From: Candidatus Zambryskibacteria bacterium RIFOXYC1_FULL_39_10
Lineage (GTDB): Bacteria > Patescibacteriota > Minisyncoccia > Phycocordibacterales > WO2-35-19
DNA length: 64,000 bases
Reading direction: 5' to 3'
NCBI GenBank assembly: GCA_001824275.1
Contig: MHWW01000002.1
Coordinates: 13,266-77,265, forward strand
The notes under the pieces were generated by a model that had not been told where the DNA came from, made no database searches, and saw only the letters and a program-made list of their open reading frames with translations. Each line of letters begins with the position of its first letter. Positions within the stretch are counted from its first letter, which is position 1. Below are positions 50,175-57,647 of the stretch, one piece after another. A program made the position numbers and the translations under genes.

Positions 50175-50242
50175 ATATTTATAAATGATTTTAAAGAAAT
50201 AACCTACCTATTTCTATAAACAAACTTTCTAATTTACACAGA

Positions 50243-50572
50243 TTATTTCTTCCCATGTATTGAGTCCATTAAATCATCAACTTCTTTGACTAATTTAGCA
50301 TTCTTTATCCCATCTGCGTAAACCCAAACATCAGACAAAATATCCCATGAATTATCGTATTGCTCCGTGACTCCGTAAATCTGGGCTATTTGCAATTGAA
50401 TTGAAATTCTTTCTTCTGCTGAGCTACCGTATTTATGATACCTTTCATATACTGAATCAATCCATCTTTCAATTTCAGATTTTAAATTCTCCGAAAGGCC
50501 TTCTCTTTTGAAAATTTCAGCAATCTTATTTTTAAAACTCTCAAAACTTTCTACATTATTTAACCCTTCCAT
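50243..50572 (-). CDS. Hypothetical protein.
   Basis: 109-aa ORF. Confidence 0.4.
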   Translation of the reverse strand: MEGLNNVESFESFKNKIAEIFKREGLSENLKSEIERWIDSVYERYHKYGSSAEERISIQLQIAQIYGVTEQYDNSWDILSDVWVYADGIKNAKLVKEVDDLMDSIHGKK

Positions 50573-50581
50573 AATATGTGA

Positions 50582-50845
50582 TTATTTTTTGTCGGTTTTA
50601 GTGATTTTTTCCAATTCCTCTTGCATTCTACTAAGTTCTGACTGATGCTGACTCATTTGTTGTCTGATGCGATCTACTTCTTGTTCTAATTTTGCCGCTT
50701 CACCTTCAGCTTTTTGAAGCTCTTGTTTTATTTTATCTGCCTCCGCCTTATGTTTATCAAGCTCTCGTTCTTTTTCTTGCAAATCGCGAGTTTCCTTTTC
50801 AATTTCTCTTTTTAAACTTTCCAATGCTTGTGTTGATGCACTCAT
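50582..50845 (-). CDS. Coiled-coil protein (88 aa).
   Basis: Heptad-rich, E/K/Q-rich sequence. The ORF-track N-terminal extension (MMVVIAQLAERF...) is the translation of the tRNA-His gene, so I trimmed the start to MSASTQ. Confidence 0.5.
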   Translation of the reverse strand: MSASTQALESLKREIEKETRDLQEKERELDKHKAEADKIKQELQKAEGEAAKLEQEVDRIRQQMSQHQSELSRMQEELEKITKTDKK

Positions 50846-50877
50846 AATAAATGGGTTATTTAATAAAATTTCAATTT

Positions 50878-50954
50878 TGGGGTGGCCAGCGGGTTCTGCC
50901 CCCGCGACCTCTTCTTTCACAGAGAAGCGCTCTGCTAGCTGAGCTATGACCACC
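50878..50954 (-). tRNA. tRNA-His (anticodon GUG) with encoded G-1, discriminator C73 and an encoded CCA. D-loop and T-loop are non-canonical.
   Basis: Hand-folded from the minus strand: G(-1) GTGGTCA TA GCTC AGCTAGCA GAGC G CTTCT CTGTGAA AGAAG AGGTC GCGGG GGCAGAA CCCGC TGGCCAC C CCA, 77 nt. Acceptor, anticodon and T stems pair perfectly. A18 and G54/G55 replace the usual G18 and T54/T55. Confidence 0.65.
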
Positions 50955-51070
50955 ATCATAAAAAGTTTATAGCTGAGAGCCTGTCTGCCGACAAGGCAGG
51001 CTTAAAGCTTGAAAGCATTTTCGCATAAAATATCACTTTTTTCCAGCCTCCCAAGAATTTTTTTATTTTT

Positions 51071-51113
51071 CTCCCCTCTCCTGCATCTAGGAGAGGGGCT
51101 GGGGGTGAGGTTA
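51071..51113 (-). repeat. Copy d of the palindromic element. Its TTA is the stop codon of the PduO-type gene.
   Basis: Sequence CTCCCCTCTCCTGCATCTAGGAGAGGGGCTGGGGGTGAGGTTA. Confidence 0.8.
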
Positions 51114-51737
51114 CCTATAATCCGGCGATTCCTCCATAATACCAACCTTGTGATTAGAATATCGAGCCAAAGCGTAGAGAATACTTGAAAGGCGGTTCAA
51201 ATAAGCCATGGTATATTTACTAATTTGTTTTTTATTTTTACTTTCTTCCCCTGAAACAGGCAAAGCCGGTTGAGCGATGTCCTCAGAAACTGCAATCACT
51301 CGCCTCTCGGCACGTCTCGCAATAGTGCGAGCAATATCAAATATAGCTCCGAGCCCCGCCCCTGACTGTTGCCACTTAGTCACATCGGCAGGACCACCAG
51401 AAACAAAGAAAGACTTGATTGGTGGTAATTCTTTTTCAATTCCATCAATTATTTCTTCCAATTCTTTTACCTTTTTTTCATCGATACTTTTTTCTGCTCC
51501 CGCGAGTTCCGCTTGAACAATAAAAAGATTTTTTTGTATTTCGTGCACAATTTCCGCTAAGCTAGAATCGCCCAATTTAAAATCAAGGAATGCGGCCTGC
51601 ACTTTACAAAGACCTAGAAATGAATTTATTTCATCCAAACTGCCCAAAGCCTCAGTGATATTTGAACTTTTGGAAATTCTTTGGTCACAACCGAATGTCT
51701 TGGTTGTTCCATCATCCCCTTTTTTAGTGTAAAGCAT
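51111..51737 (-). CDS. ATP:cob(I)alamin adenosyltransferase, PduO type.
   Basis: MLYTKKGDDGTTKTFGCDQRISKSSNITEALGSLDEINSFLGL matches the PduO N-terminal family. Confidence 0.75.
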   Translation of the reverse strand: MLYTKKGDDGTTKTFGCDQRISKSSNITEALGSLDEINSFLGLCKVQAAFLDFKLGDSSLAEIVHEIQKNLFIVQAELAGAEKSIDEKKVKELEEIIDGIEKELPPIKSFFVSGGPADVTKWQQSGAGLGAIFDIARTIARRAERRVIAVSEDIAQPALPVSGEESKNKKQISKYTMAYLNRLSSILYALARYSNHKVGIMEESPDYR

Positions 51738-51818
51738 CTTTTAAAAATAAATTATAAAAATCAGACCGCACTCAAAAAACGAGTTTCCTCTTCTTCAAAA
51801 GACCAAAGAAGATGCTAA

Positions 51819-52061
51819 TTAAACTTTCTCAACAACTGTTCCCTCTTTCACTTTCTGCTCTGTCTTCATGCCAATGACATCGCCAGAACCAGCTGTTTCG
51901 ACTTGCTTGTGATTTACTTGAAGCGAATCAACTTCTTGTTCAAAATCAGCGCCATGACCCTCAAATTTGACCTTATCGCCGACTTTTAAATTTGCCTCAA
52001 GTTCCACAATAGCAACTCCTAAATGGTCGTAATAATGTGTAACTCTTCCGACCTCTTTCAT
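51819..52061 (-). CDS. Small hypothetical protein with its own extended -10 promoter (TGGTATAAT at 52071-52079, minus strand).
   Basis: 80-aa ORF. Confidence 0.45.
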   Translation of the reverse strand: MKEVGRVTHYYDHLGVAIVELEANLKVGDKVKFEGHGADFEQEVDSLQVNHKQVETAGSGDVIGMKTEQKVKEGTVVEKV

Positions 52062-52248
52062 AACTTCTTCATTATACCACCTTGTATTAGATTTTGATAG
52101 GGGGGTTATTTTTAATTACATAACTTATGTACTATCAAAATTCACTACGGGGTACCACAAAAAATATTTTTGGGTATTGCAAAATTTGGATAAAGGAAAG
52201 CCCCATCGTTCGCATTTCGCTACTTGATGAGGCAAAGAATCCCGCCTT

Positions 52249-52716
52249 TTATGCAAAACTCTTGAGTCGGCGTTCAACTTCAAGAATCTGATTTTGGATG
52301 GGAAACAAACAAGCATCAATCAGCCTCCTGTTGACCATCATGCCGGCCTTAGCGAAAGCACCAATCATCTTGTCAACACAGTCGAAAACTTTACCGTTGT
52401 ACGTCAACATCACAGAACTTTCTACTTCCCAAGCTCGAGACCTCGAAATGACTACCTTCGCAAATGTCGCATCCCCGCCGTGGAGCCAATCAAAGTCTCT
52501 TGCATGCACATGGTAATCGATTTGTTCGACACTTACATCATGGTCAATTGTTCGAATTGAAAATGGCGCTACCATTTTCTCCACTGCCTGCAGAGGTGGG
52601 GCTGGTTTAGGTTTTGCCACAACAACTTCCATGGCAGATTTTCCCTGTAAAACAGGCTCAACCTGTATTTCGACTCTTGGCATTTCATACCAAACCACTA
52701 AATCTTCCATGCTCAT
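52249..52716 (-). CDS. Hypothetical protein. GC-shifted gene beside a tRNA-Leu 3' duplication.
   Basis: 155-aa ORF. Canonical promoter: -35 TTGTAA (52759-52764), 16-nt spacer, -10 TATAAT (52737-52742), with SD GGAAGGGAG 7 nt before the ATG. Confidence 0.55.
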   Translation of the reverse strand: MSMEDLVVWYEMPRVEIQVEPVLQGKSAMEVVVAKPKPAPPLQAVEKMVAPFSIRTIDHDVSVEQIDYHVHARDFDWLHGGDATFAKVVISRSRAWEVESSVMLTYNGKVFDCVDKMIGAFAKAGMMVNRRLIDACLFPIQNQILEVERRLKSFA

Positions 52717-52779
52717 AAGAACTCCCTTCCAAATATATTATAGCATTTATATGTAAAATTACAAGTATTTATTCTAAAA

Positions 52780-52799
52780 TGTGCCCAGGAGAGGACTCG
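52780..52799 (-). repeat. 20-nt direct duplicate of the tRNA-Leu 3' end (T-arm 3' half plus acceptor 3' strand). att-like scar.
   Basis: TGTGCCCAGGAGAGGACTCG is identical to 52944-52963. Confidence 0.7.
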
Positions 52800-52905
52800 G
52801 TCACAGATAATTTTGTTTTCGTCAAAACAAAATTTCCGCGACCCCGACTCGCGGCCTCGCGTGCTCGCTCGGCATTCGCTCCGTCTTTCTCGTCCTCCAG
52901 TAGCA

Positions 52906-52942
52906 ATTAAAAAAGACTGGAAAAAATCCAGTCTTTTTTAAT
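52906..52942 (-). terminator. Terminator immediately 3' of tRNA-Leu.
   Basis: AAAAAAGACTGGA-AAAAAT-TCCAGTCTTTTTT. Confidence 0.7.
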
Positions 52943-52944
52943 TG

Positions 52945-53026
52945 TGCCCAGGAGAGGACTCGAACCTCCACGCCTTGCGGCTTACCCACCTCAAGGGTAA
53001 ATGTCTACCAATTTCAACACCTGGGC
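52945..53026 (-). tRNA. tRNA-Leu (anticodon GAG), type II with a long variable arm.
   Basis: Hand-folded: GCCCAGG TG TTG AAATTGGTAGA CAT T TACCC TTGAGGT GGGTA AGCCGCAAGGCGT GGAGG TTCGAGT CCTCT CCTGGGC A. Canonical TTCGAGT T-loop. Confidence 0.8.
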
Positions 53027-53066
53027 AACAATAAAAGTATATCTATTTTTAAGCTTTTTTCAAATT

Positions 53067-53132
53067 CCTCCCCTCACCTTCGCAAGGTGAGGGGCAACTT
53101 TCCGTAAGGAAAGTGGGGTGGGGTCGTTTTTA
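53067..53132 (-). repeat. Copy f (divergent, double-hairpin) of the palindromic element family, abutting the rplS stop codon.
   Basis: Contains CCCCTCACCTT-CG-CAAGGTGAGGGG and ACTTTCC-GTAA-GGAAAGT, followed by GGGGTGGGGTCGTTTTTA. Confidence 0.6.
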
Positions 53133-53594
53133 TTCTTTAACTTCTTCAGCCTCCGCCACCTTTTCAGCATTTTCTACAATTTTTTCTTCTACTGCCTCCA
53201 CTTCTTCAATAGTGACGACTTCGGGGAGGGCTTGAGTATTTCTCATTTGTCTTCTAATTTCTTTAGCGGCTTTTTTGCGGATGTGATAGAGTTTGGCGCG
53301 ACGCACTTTGGAGCGCTTGGTCACTTCAATCTTTTCAATCATTGGGGAATATATAGGGAAAATCCTCTCTACTCCAACTCCTGATGCTACTTTTCTCAGT
53401 GTGATAGTGCCACCCACTTCTTTGCCGTGTTTAACCGCCAAACATAGTCCTTCAAAATCCTGTAATCGAGTTTTTGGTTTACCAGTTTTTTTATCCTTCT
53501 CAACAATTTTTTGAGTGACACGAACAGTATCACCAGACTTAACATCTAGCCTCTTTCTCTCTTCTATATTTACTGTTGAAATTTTAATATTCAT
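53130..53594 (-). CDS. rplS: 50S ribosomal protein L19 (with an acidic C-terminal extension).
   Basis: Contains GDTVRVTQKIVE...LQDFEGLCLAVKHGK...TLRKVASGVGVERIFPIYSPMIEKIEVTKRSKVRRAKLYH, matching bL19. Confidence 0.85.
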   Translation of the reverse strand: MNIKISTVNIEERKRLDVKSGDTVRVTQKIVEKDKKTGKPKTRLQDFEGLCLAVKHGKEVGGTITLRKVASGVGVERIFPIYSPMIEKIEVTKRSKVRRAKLYHIRKKAAKEIRRQMRNTQALPEVVTIEEVEAVEEKIVENAEKVAEAEEVKE

Positions 53595-53599
53595 ATGAT

Positions 53600-54448
53600 T
53601 TATCTCTTCTTACCCACCTTTCTTCTGCTAACAATAAACTTGTTTGAATACTTTTTGGATCGGCGAGATTTCTGACCCTTGCCAGTTGGTTTGCCCCATA
53701 GGGAAATCGCTCTTCGACGACCTCTACCTTGTCTACCCTCACCTCCACCGTGTGGATGATCAACTGGGTTCATAGCTGTACCACGAACAGTTGGGCGAAT
53801 GCCTTTCCAACGGCTTTTGCCCGCTTTACCATAATTTTCAAGTCTTTTTTCTTCATTTGAAACTTCTCCAATACTTGCCCAGCAAGTTTCTTTAACTTTA
53901 CGTATTTCAGTAGAAGGCATTTTTAAATCAACAGAGCCAGCGTCTTTAGCAATCACCTGGACGAAGTTTCCAGCCGAACGAGCAATCCTTGCTCCGCCTT
54001 TTGGCTTGAGTTCAACATTGTAAACCGAAGCACCAACGGGGATTTCTCGAAGAGGCAACCGGTTACCTTGTTTTATTTCTGCATTTTCTGCGGTCACTAA
54101 TTCTTCGCCAACTTTGACACTTTTTGGCAAAAGAACATATCTTTTTTCACCATCTTTATAAACTGCTTGACCAATAAAACCAGTGCGGTTTGGATCGTAT
54201 TCAACCGAAACAATTTTATAAGGAATATTTATTTTATTGTATTTAAAATCTATCTCTCTGTATAACCTCTTGTGGCCTCCACCTTTGTGGCGGACAGTGA
54301 TCCGGCCAGCGCTGTTTCTACCCACCGCCCTTTTTCTACCAAAAGTAAGAGCTTTCAACGGTTTGTTTTTGGTCAAAATTGATTTCAAAGAGACGACTGT
54401 CATGCCTCTTCTTGATTTTGATGTTGGTTTGTAAGTTTTGATTGCCAT
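53600..54448 (-). CDS. rplB: 50S ribosomal protein L2.
   Basis: 282 aa, uL2-like. Confidence 0.95.
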   Translation of the reverse strand: MAIKTYKPTSKSRRGMTVVSLKSILTKNKPLKALTFGRKRAVGRNSAGRITVRHKGGGHKRLYREIDFKYNKINIPYKIVSVEYDPNRTGFIGQAVYKDGEKRYVLLPKSVKVGEELVTAENAEIKQGNRLPLREIPVGASVYNVELKPKGGARIARSAGNFVQVIAKDAGSVDLKMPSTEIRKVKETCWASIGEVSNEEKRLENYGKAGKSRWKGIRPTVRGTAMNPVDHPHGGGEGRQGRGRRRAISLWGKPTGKGQKSRRSKKYSNKFIVSRRKVGKKR

Positions 54449-54452
54449 AATA

Positions 54453-54740
54453 TTATTCTATCTTATCTCCCTTTTTTAAATAAACATACGCCTTTTTCAC
54501 TCCCGCCTTCACTCCCTTTTTGCCACGCAAAAATACTTTTTTGGCTGGGTTTCTGACGATTCTGATTTTGATTGGGTTTATTTTATAAAAAATTTTGATT
54601 GCTCCTGCAACTTGCAATTTAGTCGCCGATGAGGCGACCTCAAAAGTATAAACATTATTTTCCAATACCAACGAAGCCTTTTCGGTGATTCTAGGCCTTA
54701 TCAAAATGTCGGCGTATTTTGCTTTTAAATCAGTTACCAT
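54453..54740 (-). CDS. rplW: 50S ribosomal protein L23.
   Basis: 95 aa, uL23-like. Confidence 0.85.
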   Translation of the reverse strand: MVTDLKAKYADILIRPRITEKASLVLENNVYTFEVASSATKLQVAGAIKIFYKINPIKIRIVRNPAKKVFLRGKKGVKAGVKKAYVYLKKGDKIE

Positions 54741-54780
54741 GTTAGTTAATTGAAAAATTAAATGATTGAAAATTGAAAGA

Positions 54781-55440
54781 TTATTTTAGTCGGGATAATA
54801 AAGTTGGAATCGATTTATCAGGATTAGCTACTATTAAATATTTATATTGCAAAATATCAAGCACATTCAAATCTTTTATCTGCCCCACTTCCAAATTGCC
54901 GAAATTATTAAAACTTTTTGAAACCGCTTCGTCTTTACCTTGCAAGGCGATGAATGCCGCATTTTTCCTTCTCGCAAGTGAGCTAATCTCTTTTATTTTT
55001 GAAAGTGCGGAAATGATGCTTTTTGCGTCTTTTGTTTTTGGTGCCCGAAGTGAAATATCATCCAAAAATACGACTTCCCCATCTTTAAATTTGCTTGAGA
55101 TAACAGTAAAGAGCGCTTTGGTCTTCATCTTTTTATTTATTTTTCTAGAATAGTCTTTGTCGTTTCTTGGACCATGTGTGATACCACCACCTACCCAGAT
55201 TGGGCTGCGTCTAGAGCCGTGTCTTGCTCGGCCAGTGCCTTTTTGTCTCCAAGGCTTCATACCGGTACCGGCAACCTCGCCTCTGTTTTTGGTGTGAGCG
55301 ATCGGGGTCCTTTCGTTAGCCGCCATAGATGTTGCCACCTGATGCACCAATGATTCATTCCAAGGCAAACCAAAAATATTCTCTGGAAGTTTTATTTTCC
55401 CCGCTTCGGTTCCTTTTTGATTGTAAACTGTTGCTTCCAT
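54781..55440 (-). CDS. rplD: 50S ribosomal protein L4.
   Basis: 219 aa, uL4-like. Confidence 0.9.
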   Translation of the reverse strand: MEATVYNQKGTEAGKIKLPENIFGLPWNESLVHQVATSMAANERTPIAHTKNRGEVAGTGMKPWRQKGTGRARHGSRRSPIWVGGGITHGPRNDKDYSRKINKKMKTKALFTVISSKFKDGEVVFLDDISLRAPKTKDAKSIISALSKIKEISSLARRKNAAFIALQGKDEAVSKSFNNFGNLEVGQIKDLNVLDILQYKYLIVANPDKSIPTLLSRLK

Positions 55441-55480
55441 TTTTTTAATTTATAAATTTAGGTTAATTAGAATAATTAGG

Positions 55481-56098
55481 TTAATTTCCCCTAATTTCTA
55501 CAAGCGTTCCTCTTCGTCCAGGCACTGCGCCCGAAACCAGCATTATATTGTTTTCTTGATCAATGCCAATCACTTTAAGGTTTTTGACGGTGATTCTATC
55601 ACTTCCTGTTCGGCCGGCCATTCTCATACCTTTGATAACCTTGCCTCCAGCACGACCACCACCACCGATAGATCCCGGTTCCCTTTCTGAATGCTTCTGT
55701 CCGTGGCTCCTTGGTCCTCCATGGAAACCATGCCTTTTGACTACTCCCTGAAAACCTTTACCTTTTGAAATAGCGGAAACATTTATGCTATCTCCAACCG
55801 CAAAGGACTCCAATGAAATCTTATCTCCTTTATTAAAAACAGAACTATCAGTCACTCTAAATTCTTTCAAAACTGCTAAATTGCCGAGCTCTTTAAGGTG
55901 ACCTTTGACCGGTTTTGACATGTTTTTTTCTCGGCGGGTGCCAGCTCCTATTTGCACCGCAGTATAACCATCCTTCTCCTTGGTCTTTATTTGAGAAATG
56001 GTCACAGGTTGCGCACTCAAAATGGTGGCTGGTTGCACCTTGCCATCTTCCCCAAAGATTTGGGTCATATTCACTTTTTTAGCCAGTATAAATTTCAT
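55481..56098 (-). CDS. rplC: 50S ribosomal protein L3.
   Basis: 205 aa, uL3-like. Confidence 0.9.
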   Translation of the reverse strand: MKFILAKKVNMTQIFGEDGKVQPATILSAQPVTISQIKTKEKDGYTAVQIGAGTRREKNMSKPVKGHLKELGNLAVLKEFRVTDSSVFNKGDKISLESFAVGDSINVSAISKGKGFQGVVKRHGFHGGPRSHGQKHSEREPGSIGGGGRAGGKVIKGMRMAGRTGSDRITVKNLKVIGIDQENNIMLVSGAVPGRRGTLVEIRGN

Positions 56099-56179
56099 AT
56101 AAAAAACGCCATTCGGCTTTTAGTAAAATAACAAATATCACAATAAATTGCAAGTCAGCTGAGCAACTTAACCATATTT

Positions 56180-56410
56180 TTAAAGATTTTTGATAATAAT
56201 GTTATATTCTTCTGCTGTTATACCCAACAAACGAATATTGTTGTGAATTATGAAAAGTTCAAGTTGTTTTCTTCTAGGTAATACGATCGGGCGGGATATT
56301 CCCTGTTTCCAGTACACCCTATGATCACCTTTTTCTCGCACAAATTCACACCCCACATACAAAAGAAATTTTTCAAATTTCTTCCAATGTATGCGAGATA
56401 TTTTTGGCAT
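56180..56410 (-). CDS. hicA: HicA-family toxin (YcfA-like mRNA interferase).
   Basis: 76 aa: ...KKFEKFLLYVGCEFVREKGDHRVYWKQGISRPIVLP... matches the HicA pattern. Confidence 0.65.
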   Translation of the reverse strand: MPKISRIHWKKFEKFLLYVGCEFVREKGDHRVYWKQGISRPIVLPRRKQLELFIIHNNIRLLGITAEEYNIIIKNL

Positions 56411-56413
56411 AAT

Positions 56414-56731
56414 TTATACAGTTACAGGCAACATGCCGTGTGATACAAAAATTGGAGGCATCCATTGACTTGTTTTAGAAATTTTTTTCCAACCCAAAGA
56501 AGACAAGACCTCATCAACAGTGCCGTGTATTAATATTTCTTCCATAAAAATACTTACCGCCTCAGCAATATTTTTTTCAGCCTCTTTTAAGGTTTTACCA
56601 GCACTAGATAAATCTAAAGCAGGAGTATAAGCAACAAATGATTTGTCTTCTTTAAAATAACTTACTGGAACATTTATTTTCATACGAGCCTTCATAAACT
56701 CTAATATACCAAAATATGCCATAAACGACAA
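56414..56731 (-). CDS. hicB: HicB-family antitoxin (UPF0150-like).
   Basis: 105 aa; YFKEDKSFVAYTPALDLSSAGKTLKEAEKNIAEA is HicB-like. Lies 4 nt upstream of hicA. Confidence 0.6.
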   Translation of the reverse strand: MSFMAYFGILEFMKARMKINVPVSYFKEDKSFVAYTPALDLSSAGKTLKEAEKNIAEAVSIFMEEILIHGTVDEVLSSLGWKKISKTSQWMPPIFVSHGMLPVTV

Positions 56732-56800
56732 TCCCCAATCAAAATTGACGTTTTACCCTCCCCCGCTATAATAAAATCATTAACAAATAACTAAAATATT

Positions 56801-57151
56801 ATGGGAATGGAATCATCTGGCGTAGCGCCAAAACAAGAAGTTGACTTACAGGCCGACTTACAGGCCTTAAAAGACATGTTAGAAAAAAGAGGAATAGACC
56901 CAGAAAAAACCCTCGAAGCAATCAATGATTTCAAGGAAGCACAGCGAGGACTTAGTGATGCGATGGCACACTATAACGAGCAGGCGGCAAGACTAGCAGA
57001 AGCTAATGGCTACCCAATGACAGAAGAACAAGAAGCTAAGTTTCCAGCAATGAACATGAGAGTAGATAATGACCTAAGAACATATTTGAGACTCAAAGGT
57101 TCATCAGAACCAGAAAACAAAAACGAAGATCTGCCCGTCGAACTTTTATAA
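56801..57151 (+). CDS. Hypothetical protein. GC-shifted and the only plus-strand gene in this neighbourhood.
   Basis: 116-aa ORF. Confidence 0.45.
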   Translation: MGMESSGVAPKQEVDLQADLQALKDMLEKRGIDPEKTLEAINDFKEAQRGLSDAMAHYNEQAARLAEANGYPMTEEQEAKFPAMNMRVDNDLRTYLRLKGSSEPENKNEDLPVELL

Positions 57152-57211
57152 ACAATCAAAAAACCACCGAGAGGTGGTTTTTTGATTTATGTGCTTAGCG
57201 TGTGTTTCGCG

Positions 57212-57266
57212 CCTTCCCTCTCCTCAGTCGAGGAGAGGGCCACACGAAGTGAGGGGTGAGGTTTTA
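57212..57266 (-). repeat. Copy e (variant) of the palindromic element, abutting the rpsJ stop codon.
   Basis: Sequence CCTTCCCTCTCCTCAGTCGAGGAGAGGGCCACACGAAGTGAGGGGTGAGGTTTTA. The TTA at 57264-57266 is the rpsJ stop codon. Confidence 0.65.
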
Positions 57267-57641
57267 CATTATCTTCACATCAATATTCACACCTGATGGC
57301 AAAGAGAGATTGGTCAGAGCGTCCATTATTTTAGGAGAAGGGTTTATGATATCAATCACTCTCCTATGCACTCGCATCTCAAACTGCTCACGAGCGTTTT
57401 TGTATACGAATGGAGAGCGGTTGACAGTCCACTTCTTTATTTCAGTGGGCAGTGGTATTGGCCCAACTATTTTGGCATCATATCTCATAGCAGTATCAAT
57501 AATCTGCTTAACCGAAAGATCAAGCACTTTATACTCATAAGCCATCACTCTGATGCGCAACTTAGAAATAGGCTCTTCTTTTTTAGAAGATTTCTTAGGT
57601 TTTGCTACTTTTTTTTCTTTTTTTAATGTACTCTCAGCCAT
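57264..57641 (-). CDS. rpsJ: 30S ribosomal protein S10 (with a Lys-rich N-terminal extension).
   Basis: RIRVMAYEYKVLDLSVKQIIDTAMRYDAKIVGPIPLPT is uS10-like. Confidence 0.9.
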   Translation of the reverse strand: MAESTLKKEKKVAKPKKSSKKEEPISKLRIRVMAYEYKVLDLSVKQIIDTAMRYDAKIVGPIPLPTEIKKWTVNRSPFVYKNAREQFEMRVHRRVIDIINPSPKIMDALTNLSLPSGVNIDVKIM

Positions 57642-57647
57642 TTTATC

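Noticed and set aside
50846-50959. N-terminal extension of ORF 50582-50959 (MMVVIAQLAERFSVKEEVAGAEPAGHPKIEI...).
   Set aside because: It is the in-frame translation of the tRNA-His gene. The real CDS starts at the MSASTQ ATG at 50845.
52125-52319. ORF 52125-52319 (64 aa).
   Set aside because: It overlaps the 3' end of the better-supported 155-aa gene and the intergenic promoter region of the 80-aa gene, and has no SD. It is likely spurious.
52800-52944. A complete integrated mobile element or prophage at tRNA-Leu.
   Set aside because: Only 145 bp separate the tRNA from its 3'-end duplicate, and there is no integrase, recombinase or transposase ORF anywhere nearby. I report it as a scar or remnant only.
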